64,000 nucleotides of DNA. It comes from a virus. The position numbers and the translations under genes were made by a program. Positions 16,512-24,942 of the stretch are shown in pieces. Within the stretch, counting starts at the first letter, position 1, and each line of letters opens with the position of its first letter. The notes beneath the pieces were generated by a model. It did not search any database. It worked only from the letters and a program-made list of their open reading frames with translations, and was not told the DNA's origin. The stretch spans positions 1-64,000 of IMG/VR virus record IMGVR_UViG_3300049911_000129; one strand, written 5' to 3'.

Positions 16512-17065
16512 ACGAGGGAGTCGGAGCGACCGACAGGCTGGGCATCATGGCCGGCGTGTGCGAGGCGATAACCCGGCGGACGTCCTGGCGGCTCGAGAAG
16601 CGCCACGGCGACGGCGCCACGTACGAGGGCGGCATCGAGGCCTTCAAGCGCGACGTCGACCCGTACGAGGTGCTCGAGTTCGAGGGCAACCTGCTGACCA
16701 ACGTCGGCGGCGGGGCCATCTGGGACCTCGTGACCGGCGCGGGCGTGGTCACCGCGTTCGACAACGGCAACGCCTACCTGGGCGTCGGCGACTCGGCGAC
16801 GGCGGCGGACCCGGCGCAGACGGACCTGCAGGCGGGCGGCAACAAGGTCAGGGTGGCCATGAACGCCACGTACCCGCAGTTCACGGACGGGGTGATCATC
16901 TTCCAGGCCGACTTCACCGGCGCGGTGGCCACGTGGACCTGGGCCGAGGTCGCGACGTTCAACGCTGCGGCCGCGGGCGAGATGCTGAACCGCAAGGTCC
17001 AGGCGCTCGGAGTCAAGGGAGCCGGCGCGACTTGGACGCTGACGGAGACCATAACCCTGTCGTAA
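16478..17065 (+). CDS. Virion structural protein (tail-fibre/baseplate-associated type)
   Basis: NLLTNVG..AYLGVGDS.TAA...QTDL..EVATFNA..GEMLNR pattern seen in phage structural proteins. Start uncertain. Confidence 0.6.
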   Translation: MHRGGRTVDPLNEGVGATDRLGIMAGVCEAITRRTSWRLEKRHGDGATYEGGIEAFKRDVDPYEVLEFEGNLLTNVGGGAIWDLVTGAGVVTAFDNGNAYLGVGDSATAADPAQTDLQAGGNKVRVAMNATYPQFTDGVIIFQADFTGAVATWTWAEVATFNAAAAGEMLNRKVQALGVKGAGATWTLTETITLS

Positions 17066-17138
17066 GCAACGCCGGCCGGCACGACCCGGGGTCACCCGGG
17101 CACGGCCGGGATCCCGGCGGGCTAAGGCCTGTAGACTC

Positions 17139-17166
17139 GGGGGCGGCCTGCGCGGTCGCCCCCTTG
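17139..17166 (+). terminator. GC-rich hairpin (possible terminator or processing site)
   Basis: GGGGGCGGCC-TGCGC-GGTCGCCCCC then TTG; U-tract is weak. Confidence 0.35.
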
Positions 17167-17189
17167 AGTGCTAGAGGAAGGGGATCAGC

Positions 17190-19157
17190 ATGGTAGACGT
17201 TCCTGTTGCCGACGGCGTCCAGCTGGACGACGGCATAAACCCGTACTGGGACGTCTTCAGGTGGACGGAGCTCGGGGTCTCGAGCTTGGCCAATGCGCTC
17301 GGGTACCCAGGCGGGGTCCCGGTCATCGTCAAGGACGAGCCCGGCGCCGCGGGGATCTTCGTCGCCTACCAGACAGGCACGAAGGGCGCGGGTGGTCTTG
17401 TCTACCAGCAGAGCGACGACCGCGGCGGGACGTGGCTCGGCGAGGTAGTGATCGACGTGGATATAGATAAGCTCGCGGCGGCGGTCATCGACCCTATCTC
17501 GTACGACATCCACCTGATCTACTTCCAGATCGGCGAGCCGACGCTGAGCACGGCGTCGAACCTCTGGTACAGGGTCCTGGCGTGGAGCGGCGGCGTGTGG
17601 GTGATAGGCGCCGAGAAGCAGATCATACTCGCCAGCGCCTCGCACGGCTACAGCAACGCGTCGCTGGAGGTCAGGTCCGGGTACCTGATGGCGATGCTAT
17701 ACGACAAGACATCGACCACCGTGCGGAACCTGTACAGCGCGAAGGCTGCCGGCACGTGGGACCTGTTCACGAACGTCAACCTCGACGTCGAGCAGGTCAT
17801 GATCCCGAGCACGGCGGTTCATGTTGACCTGACGCGCGACAACGTGGGCGACAAGTGGTACATCACCACCGAGCAGGGTGGCACGTTCACCATCTGGAGC
17901 CCGTCGGAGACGCTGCGGCCGCCTGGCGAGATAACGCCCGTCAACCTCGCGTCCTGGTATGGGGCGACGACGGAGCAGTTCGACACGGTCTACAACCCGT
18001 CGACAGCCATGGTCGGCATCGTCCAGGAGAATGGCGGCGCGCTGCAGTTCCGGACCTTCGACCCGGCGACGAGCCTGGTGAGCGCGCCGACGGTCATAGA
18101 GGCAAGCGGGGCGTTCTGGCCCTGCATCACGGTCGACCAGGGCGGGCGGTTCGTCGTGGCGTACACCAAGACGGCGTCGGGCGACGGGCGCCACCTGATG
18201 GTCGTGCGATCGGACGACTGGACGGCAACGCACGCGCTGGCGACAGACAGCGGGGTCGAGGGTTGGGGCGGGACCCACATTGCGAGGATCAGCACAGGCG
18301 TCGACGGGTTGGTCATAGCGTGGTGCGAGACCATAGACGGGGACGCTGACGGCGAGTACAAGGTGTTCTGCGGGGTCCTCGACCAGCAGGTGTTCAAGGC
18401 CGTGGCGGAGTCGGTCGACGCGCTCGAGTTCATAACGTCGGTGCACGGCCTGGCGGACGCCGCCGCGTTCGTGGAGCTGCTGCACGCGTCGGAGCCGAAG
18501 AGCGCCACCGATGCCGCGGCGCTGGTCGAAGCGCTGGCGACCTGGCAGAACGTGGCTGAGGCGGCGGCGATCGCGGAGGCATTCCTGGTCAACTACCGGG
18601 TGACCGAGGGGATCTCTTTCACGGACATATTCCGGCTTAAGATGCCGGTCTCTGACACGGGAACGGCCACCGACATCTTCAGCTTCGTGTGGAAGATAGT
18701 CGTCAGCGACGTCATCGCGGCGACCGACGCGGTCGCCCGCCTGAAGGTGGCGATGGCTGACGCGATGTCGGCCGATGACCAGCTGGCGCCGTTCGGACTC
18801 TCGGTCGCCGAGGCGATCGCGGTCGGGGACGCCGAGGTCATATGGGTCGAGGTGGCCGAGACGGCTGCGGCGGGGGACATGCCCGTCATATGCCATACGA
18901 TCCTGGATGGGGCGTCCGTCGACGAGATCATCGACATGACGTACGGGATCATAGAGTCGGCGGTCGCATCCGAAGGGGTCTGGATGAACGGCGGCGTCAT
19001 CGAGTCGGTGACGGCGACTGACGCGGTACTCAGGATGGAGGTGCACTCGGACAGCACCATTCAAGCCGCCGACAGTTGGGCTAAGCTGATTGTCATCCGC
19101 ATAGGGGTCCGCCTGCACCTGCACAGTGGGCAGGCGCGGCTCCGGATGGAGAGATAG
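17190..19157 (+). CDS. Virion protein with Asp-box beta-propeller-like N-terminus and C-terminal short acidic repeats
   Basis: SDDRGGTW Asp-box; C-terminal [AV]xD/Ex3[AT]D/E-type repeats. Confidence 0.6.
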   Translation: MVDVPVADGVQLDDGINPYWDVFRWTELGVSSLANALGYPGGVPVIVKDEPGAAGIFVAYQTGTKGAGGLVYQQSDDRGGTWLGEVVIDVDIDKLAAAVIDPISYDIHLIYFQIGEPTLSTASNLWYRVLAWSGGVWVIGAEKQIILASASHGYSNASLEVRSGYLMAMLYDKTSTTVRNLYSAKAAGTWDLFTNVNLDVEQVMIPSTAVHVDLTRDNVGDKWYITTEQGGTFTIWSPSETLRPPGEITPVNLASWYGATTEQFDTVYNPSTAMVGIVQENGGALQFRTFDPATSLVSAPTVIEASGAFWPCITVDQGGRFVVAYTKTASGDGRHLMVVRSDDWTATHALATDSGVEGWGGTHIARISTGVDGLVIAWCETIDGDADGEYKVFCGVLDQQVFKAVAESVDALEFITSVHGLADAAAFVELLHASEPKSATDAAALVEALATWQNVAEAAAIAEAFLVNYRVTEGISFTDIFRLKMPVSDTGTATDIFSFVWKIVVSDVIAATDAVARLKVAMADAMSADDQLAPFGLSVAEAIAVGDAEVIWVEVAETAAAGDMPVICHTILDGASVDEIIDMTYGIIESAVASEGVWMNGGVIESVTATDAVLRMEVHSDSTIQAADSWAKLIVIRIGVRLHLHSGQARLRMER

Positions 19158-19174
19158 GACAGGAGGGAACGGTC

Positions 19175-19384
19175 ATGAAGAAGTTGTTTGGTTTTCTGCC
19201 GTCGCTGTGGCCACCGTTGGCCCGCTTCCTGCGGGTCGTCGGCGCCGCGGCTCTCGCGGCTGGCATCGCTGCCGCTATCGTGGCTGTCAAGGACCTGCCC
19301 GTCGATAACGTTCAGGTACTGGCGCTGCTGACCGCTGGTTTGATGGCGCTCGACAAGTATTGCCGCGACCACGGCATCTACTAG
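19175..19384 (+). CDS. Putative holin
   Basis: 69 aa with two hydrophobic segments, just upstream of the endolysin; strong RBS. Confidence 0.6.
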   Translation: MKKLFGFLPSLWPPLARFLRVVGAAALAAGIAAAIVAVKDLPVDNVQVLALLTAGLMALDKYCRDHGIY

Positions 19385-19388
19385 CACC

Positions 19389-19598
19389 GTGTGGCGCGGG
19401 CTGAGGAGCAGGCTGCTGCGCAGGCTCGATAGGGACGCGATCGAGTACACCGGATCGACGCTGGTCGGCCACGTCATACTCGCGTGTGATCAGTGCGGCG
19501 CGCTTGTGGACTACCTCGAGCAGTCGGCAAAGGAGCCGTTCGGGTGGTTGTGCGGGCCATGCAAGGCTAGGGAGCAGGAGTGCCAGGAGACGACGTAG
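19389..19598 (+). CDS. Small Zn-finger-like protein
   Basis: CDQC...CGPC. Confidence 0.45.
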   Translation: MWRGLRSRLLRRLDRDAIEYTGSTLVGHVILACDQCGALVDYLEQSAKEPFGWLCGPCKAREQECQETT

Positions 19599-20347
19599 TA
19601 GACATCAGCGGCTGGGGCGGCGAACTCGACGTAGAGACCGTCCGCTGCTGGGCCAGGCAGGGGAAGCGGAAGGTCGTCGTCGGCGTGGGGCCGGATGTCG
19701 CGCTGGCGCGCAGACAGATGCTGGCGGTGCTCGCCGGCGGCCTGCTTCTGGAGGTGTACGTCTACCCGTACTACGAGGCCGACCCGGCGCGCTACCTCGA
19801 CCGCGTGGACGCGGCGACGGCTGGGCTGCAGGTCGGCTTCAGGTGGCTGGACTTCGAGGACACGGAGACGCTGCCTGGCGGGTACTCGTGGCAGTCGCTA
19901 GTGGTCCTGTGGGTCCACCAGTGCATGGGCGAGGCCACGGCGAGGTGGGGCGCAGAGAACATAGGCCTATACACCGGGGCGTGGTGGTGGCGGGAGTACA
20001 CCGACGACAGCGTGGATCTCGCCGGCTGGCCGCTGTGGGCCGCGGACTACGACCACGAGGCGAACGCGTCGTTCACGCCGTTCGGCGGCTGGATGGCATG
20101 TAGGCTGAAGCAGTACAGCGGGACCACCGAGCTCTGCAGGTTCTCGGTGGACCTGGACTTCGAGGGGGGATACGAGATGGACGTGGAGACGGAGAAGCAG
20201 CTGAAGCGGAGCATGGCGTTCCAGCGCTGGGGCGCGTTGATCACGACCGGGGAGGACGCCCAGGTCGAGCAGGCCCTGCGCGAGCTGATATACGTCAGGC
20301 TGCTTGCGGGCCTGCCGGCGATCCCGCCGGTGCCGGAGGACAAGTAG
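19580..20347 (+). CDS. Endolysin, GH25 muramidase
   Basis: VDISGW, WLDFED (DxE), GLYTGAWWW, PLWAADY, KQYS, VDLD. Confidence 0.85.
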   Translation: MPGDDVVDISGWGGELDVETVRCWARQGKRKVVVGVGPDVALARRQMLAVLAGGLLLEVYVYPYYEADPARYLDRVDAATAGLQVGFRWLDFEDTETLPGGYSWQSLVVLWVHQCMGEATARWGAENIGLYTGAWWWREYTDDSVDLAGWPLWAADYDHEANASFTPFGGWMACRLKQYSGTTELCRFSVDLDFEGGYEMDVETEKQLKRSMAFQRWGALITTGEDAQVEQALRELIYVRLLAGLPAIPPVPEDK

Positions 20348-20348
20348 C

Positions 20349-21038
20349 ATGCAGATAGTAGCGACGCCGGTAGTCATCGGCCCGTTCTTCACGGGCAATA
20401 CGGCCCCAGACGTCGAGGGGTTCCTTGCATGGGACACGGGCGGCCTCGTGGACCTAACCGGGGCGTCCGTGCAGTTCGCCGTCCGGAAGTGGGACCCGAT
20501 GCGCCACAAGGGGTTCGGCCCCGTCGTGACCGGAGGCGCCTGCTCGCTCGGCTCGGCCAAGGCCGGGGAGGCAATCTACAGTTGGACGACGTCCCCGCTC
20601 CCGGTGGACACGGGATGGTACGCCGGACGGTTCATCGTCACGTTCCCCGGCGTCAAGCCCCAGGACAGCCAGGACTGCGTCTTCGAGGTCCAGGAGGGGT
20701 CTCCGACCGCTCTGGGGCCCACGGTGGTGATCGTCGACCATGCGGATCCGTCGCCGAAGACGCTTTTGGCCGCGGATGCGACCACCGATAGGGTAGTGAT
20801 CGTGCAGGCCACGGCGACCGAGGCGGCCGCCGGCGGACCGGAGTTTGATGTCGGCTCGGAGATAACCGACCCGAACGCCGTGTTCGATGACGTGGGCGCG
20901 GGCGTATGGGCGCTAGGCGCCAGCTACCTCGGTACCTGCGTGCTGCCTAAGACCGAGAAGCTCGTCTGCACCATCGTCGGCGCTGGGACAGCCGGGAAGA
21001 TCTCGATGCGCTGCACCGCGCTGCCGCCCCCGCCATAG
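20349..21038 (+). CDS. BppU-like N-terminal domain virion protein
   Basis: VDLTGASVQF..AIYSW..DTGWY.GRF.VTFP. C-terminal domain is shared with the collagen-like protein. Confidence 0.6.
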   Translation: MQIVATPVVIGPFFTGNTAPDVEGFLAWDTGGLVDLTGASVQFAVRKWDPMRHKGFGPVVTGGACSLGSAKAGEAIYSWTTSPLPVDTGWYAGRFIVTFPGVKPQDSQDCVFEVQEGSPTALGPTVVIVDHADPSPKTLLAADATTDRVVIVQATATEAAAGGPEFDVGSEITDPNAVFDDVGAGVWALGASYLGTCVLPKTEKLVCTIVGAGTAGKISMRCTALPPPP

Positions 21039-21270
21039 GTTTCAGAATACAGGTGCTTGAGATATACTGTAGGTAGCGGTCCCAGGAGGCCAGATCTCTT
21101 CAACCTCTGCGCATACGCCGGGATCTTGGACCTGCCTCTGGACCGCTTCCATATGCTCGTGTGCGCGCGCAGGGGCTTCTTTTTTGTTACGGTTGCTATA
21201 CAATTAGGACTGCAGTGTGTTAGGGGCGGGCTATGCTCGCGACTTCAACTACAGGAGGCACAGGGAAAGC

Positions 21271-22164
21271 ATGAGGAAGAGCAGGAGTCTCATCCGCCTG
21301 GCCGACAATCCGTTCGGGGACGAGGAGCTAGCGCCGCCAGAGGCCGGGGCCGAGGACGAGTTCGGCGAGGACCTAGGTGGTGGCATGCCCGAGGATCCGT
21401 TTGCGGAGGGCGGCGAGGACGAGATGGGCGAGGACAGCATGTACCAGATGAGGAAGGGCCGCAAGCTGCGGGGACCGCGCGTGAAGCTGTCCCTCGAGCA
21501 GCGCCAGGCCAACCTCGAGAAGGGCGTGGCTGACCTCGCTGAGACCGTAGCGTCGCTCGCCAAGTCGACGTCGTTCCTCGGGAAGGCTGTGCTTGCACGG
21601 CTCGAGAAGGACGAGGACGACGACGAGGACGACGCGAAGGAGGACAAGGCCAAGGTCCGCAAGGGCGTGGCCAAGGTCCGCAAGCAGTACGAGTCCGACA
21701 CCGGAGTGGGTGCGACCAAGGACGTCGGCGACGACCGTACCTCCCAGGAGGAGACGGAGAACGAGACCGGCATCACCGAGGGCGAGCTCACGCTGGGGCA
21801 GGTCCGCAAGGACGACGCCGCCGGCAACTTCGGCGAGAAGGACGACGACATGCCCGGTAACGCGCCGGCCGACATCGACGAGAAGGACAAGAGCCCCGAG
21901 GACTACCTGCTTCAGGGTGACCCGGGCGACGGTCCAGGTCCACAGGTCAGCGCCGCCGTTAAGGCCGAGCTCGAGAAGGCGGTCAGCGCGGTGTACGCTC
22001 GACACGGCATCATCCGAAAGGCCCAGGGCCCTCGGACGGGAACCGGTTCCGGTACCGCAGCGCAGGGCGACGAGGCCGCATTCTCGAAGATCAAGAGCTT
22101 GAGCTTCAAGCAGATCAACCAGATGCGGACCGACCTCGGGCTACTCCCGAACGGGCTGATCTAG
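21271..22164 (+). CDS. Putative capsid scaffolding protein
   Basis: Acidic and coiled-coil, directly upstream of the MCP, with many xxK-[AGSD] sites. Alternative GTG start at 21217. Confidence 0.65.
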   Translation: MRKSRSLIRLADNPFGDEELAPPEAGAEDEFGEDLGGGMPEDPFAEGGEDEMGEDSMYQMRKGRKLRGPRVKLSLEQRQANLEKGVADLAETVASLAKSTSFLGKAVLARLEKDEDDDEDDAKEDKAKVRKGVAKVRKQYESDTGVGATKDVGDDRTSQEETENETGITEGELTLGQVRKDDAAGNFGEKDDDMPGNAPADIDEKDKSPEDYLLQGDPGDGPGPQVSAAVKAELEKAVSAVYARHGIIRKAQGPRTGTGSGTAAQGDEAAFSKIKSLSFKQINQMRTDLGLLPNGLI

Positions 22165-22176
22165 GAGGTAGCGAGA

Positions 22177-23574
22177 GTGGACTACGGATCGATCCTCAAC
22201 AAGAGTGGACAGGTATGGAGCCCGAGGAACCTGGCGGACTGGCTGATGCGGGTCCCCGGTGGCGCCTCGCCTCGCGAGATGCGCTACGGCTACTTCGGTT
22301 CCAGCAATGGGCTGCTGCAGAAGGACATCACCGCGGTCGGTGACTCCTTCGTCAGCACCGACTTCTTCGTTAACACCTTCGGCGCGAAGGTGTGGGACTC
22401 GCTCAACTCCCAGACCAGGTTCTTCAACCTGCTCCGGAAGGTGGCGTGGGGTCCAACCACAGGTTACAGGATCCGGTCCGGTCGTAACCTGAGCACGCAG
22501 CCTGTCTCCGAGACTGGCGCGCTGCCCACGATCGACAGCCCGGATCTCGAGACGGTGTACATCCAGCCGAAGTTCATCGTTACGTCCGTGGGCGTGACGG
22601 CCCTGGCGCAGTTCCTCGGCACCCTCGAGGGTGGCATTGGGGACGCCCTGGCCGTGGCCCAGGAGACGGCGATGATCGACCACACGAAGCGGCTGAACCA
22701 GATGCTTCTGGCGTCCGGTTCGCAGCGCGTCGTGGCCGGCGGTGGCACACCCGACACCCTGATCGATGCAAGCTGGCTGAGCGTCGGCGACGTGCTGAAC
22801 GGCACGACGGTCGCCGGTGACGTGACAATCACCGCGATCACCCTGCCGAACATCGTGGCCTACGGCGGCAACGCCCTCGCGACGGACGAGATCGTGTTCA
22901 TCGCGTCCAGGGCGGGCTTCGCGAGCATCGACGACATCGTCGAGATGACGAACCGCACCGTCAACGGAGTCGCGCTGGGAGCCGCGAAGGCGCCGAACTA
23001 CGGCAGCCTGGTGATGGCCGACCGCGACCTCGACTTCTGGAGCGCTTCGGGTATCTACGATAATGCGGGTGACCTGAGGCACTTGACGACCGGCCTGGTG
23101 GACCAGGCGATCGACGGGTCCAGGCGGAAGGGCGGCGAGCCCGACCTCATTCTGACCGGCGTGGAGCAGGTCACGAGGCTGGGCACCATCCTGCAGGCCA
23201 ACCAGCACTTCATCGGCGAGGGGACCTTCCAGGTCAAGCTCGGCGGTGAGGGCACGCTGAAGGGCTACCCGACGGGCTTCCAGGTGGCTACGTACAAGGG
23301 CATCCCAGTCTTCCACGACTTCGACTGCCCGGGTTCGTACCAGAAGGCGGCCAACGGCGACTCCAAGCGCGGCGCGAACGTGTACGTGCTGGACACCCGG
23401 TTCCTCGAGGTCCCTGTGCTGTTCACAACGCAGTACATGGAGTCGAGGGACTACCTCCAGAACAACATGCTCGGCGTGAAGGCCATCTACCTGACCGCCG
23501 GGAACCTGCGCTGCCTAGACTTCGTCAAGCAGTCCAAGGTCTGCGACCTGAGCGACGGTATCAACCTGACCTAG
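22177..23574 (+). CDS. Major capsid protein (HK97 fold)
   Basis: FGAKVWDSLN..FNLLRKVAW, VSETGALP, QPKFI, ATYKGIPV, YVLDT; strong AGGAGG RBS; position in the head module. Confidence 0.85.
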   Translation: MDYGSILNKSGQVWSPRNLADWLMRVPGGASPREMRYGYFGSSNGLLQKDITAVGDSFVSTDFFVNTFGAKVWDSLNSQTRFFNLLRKVAWGPTTGYRIRSGRNLSTQPVSETGALPTIDSPDLETVYIQPKFIVTSVGVTALAQFLGTLEGGIGDALAVAQETAMIDHTKRLNQMLLASGSQRVVAGGGTPDTLIDASWLSVGDVLNGTTVAGDVTITAITLPNIVAYGGNALATDEIVFIASRAGFASIDDIVEMTNRTVNGVALGAAKAPNYGSLVMADRDLDFWSASGIYDNAGDLRHLTTGLVDQAIDGSRRKGGEPDLILTGVEQVTRLGTILQANQHFIGEGTFQVKLGGEGTLKGYPTGFQVATYKGIPVFHDFDCPGSYQKAANGDSKRGANVYVLDTRFLEVPVLFTTQYMESRDYLQNNMLGVKAIYLTAGNLRCLDFVKQSKVCDLSDGINLT

Positions 23575-23600
23575 GCCGCGGAGCGAGACAGAGTGTATTA

Positions 23601-23634
23601 GTCGGGGGGCCGGCAGCGATACCGGCCTCCCGGC
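23601..23634 (+). terminator. Hairpin downstream of the MCP
   Basis: GTCGGGGGGCCGG / CCGGCCTCCCGGC, a 13-bp stem with G-U pairs; no U-tract. Confidence 0.35.
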
Positions 23635-23705
23635 ACCTGAAGGGGAGTCCCATGGCCCCGCCGCCTCCCACGGCGGCGAAAGAAACTATGGTGTAAAGGA
23701 GGTTC

Positions 23706-24155
23706 ATGGTGGGACGCGTGACGATTCGCCAGGAGCTGGGCAAGGGGATGGAGGTCGCGCGGCAGTTCTGCGCCACCGCCCTCGAGCGCGCGGCTTCGAC
23801 ACAGTATCTACTTCTCTGCTGCCCCAAGTTCCGCTACAACGTCGACAAGCTGGAGTTCCAGTCGGTCGTCGCGACTGCGGCCGGGGCCAACACCGTCGAC
23901 GTCGTCAAGGACGAGGCCGCACCTGTCGTCATCATGACGCAGTTCGACCCCGCTGACATCGTTGCGGGCGCCGCGCCGGTCGCGAAGACCGTCCTGGCCG
24001 CCGGCAAGGGTATTCCCGCGGGGACGCCTCTGTACATGAAGCTCGTATGCGCCGCTGGTGACGGGGGCGACCCGCCCGACGTGACCTGCATCGCGCACAT
24101 CTCTCCCGACATCCGGGGATACGACGGCGAGCTGACTGTCGGAACCTACGAGTAG
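23706..24155 (+). CDS. Putative head decoration/structural protein
   Basis: Follows the MCP; paralog of the next gene. Confidence 0.55.
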   Translation: MVGRVTIRQELGKGMEVARQFCATALERAASTQYLLLCCPKFRYNVDKLEFQSVVATAAGANTVDVVKDEAAPVVIMTQFDPADIVAGAAPVAKTVLAAGKGIPAGTPLYMKLVCAAGDGGDPPDVTCIAHISPDIRGYDGELTVGTYE

Positions 24156-24158
24156 GGG

Positions 24159-24932
24159 GTGCCGACGATGCTGAGGATACGCACCGAGGTCGGGAAGGGC
24201 CTCGAGATGGATCGCTGCGGGGTCGCGGCTTTTGTCTGCGGCAACAACGGCGTCAACGACCTGTACAAGCTGGTGGCCAGGCCGCGGGTGCGCTTCGACA
24301 TATCCAAGGTCGAGGTGTACTCCGTGGTAAAGGTCGCGGCTGGCACCAACACGCTCGGCGTCTACATCGGGGCGTCCGGCGACGCCGACCTCGTGGTCGC
24401 GTCCGACGACCCGAACGCCATAGTGGCGGCGGGGTTCGCGACGATAGCGGCGCAGCCTGACATCCCGCGCACAATGAGGATGACGCTGGACGACAACGCC
24501 GGCGTCGACCTAATCGTCTCCGCGACGGTTGTTGGGGTGGACGCGTGGGGCAAGCCGCTCACGGAGGTCATCACCAACACGGTCGCCGGATCCGGGTACA
24601 AGGACGGCGTTCAGAGGTTCAGGGAGGTCAAGTCTGTCACGCTCGTGATAGACGCGGGCGACGGTGACGCGGCCGACGCGTTCTATCTCGGCACGTCTAC
24701 CGATTCGGTCATCGCCGTGTTCGACCCCGATACGATCACCGCCGGGGCCGCTCCTGTGTCGAAGGCGCTGCTCGGCTCGGCGTACAACATCCCGGCGAAC
24801 ACGCCGGTGTGGGTCGGGCTCAACACGGACAACGGCGCCGTGGCCGCTCCGCCGGACGTCGGCGTGGTGGTGCACTGGCAGCCATACATTGGCGCATACG
24901 ACGGCGAGGTCGCTTACGGCGGCTACGAGTAG
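24159..24932 (+). CDS. Putative head decoration/structural protein (paralog with inserted domain)
   Basis: Shares IRxExGKGxE, VAAGxNT, FDPxxIxAGAAPV, PPDV and YDGE..GxYE with 23706-24155. Confidence 0.55.
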   Translation: MPTMLRIRTEVGKGLEMDRCGVAAFVCGNNGVNDLYKLVARPRVRFDISKVEVYSVVKVAAGTNTLGVYIGASGDADLVVASDDPNAIVAAGFATIAAQPDIPRTMRMTLDDNAGVDLIVSATVVGVDAWGKPLTEVITNTVAGSGYKDGVQRFREVKSVTLVIDAGDGDAADAFYLGTSTDSVIAVFDPDTITAGAAPVSKALLGSAYNIPANTPVWVGLNTDNGAVAAPPDVGVVVHWQPYIGAYDGEVAYGGYE

Positions 24933-24942
24933 GGGGTAGGAG

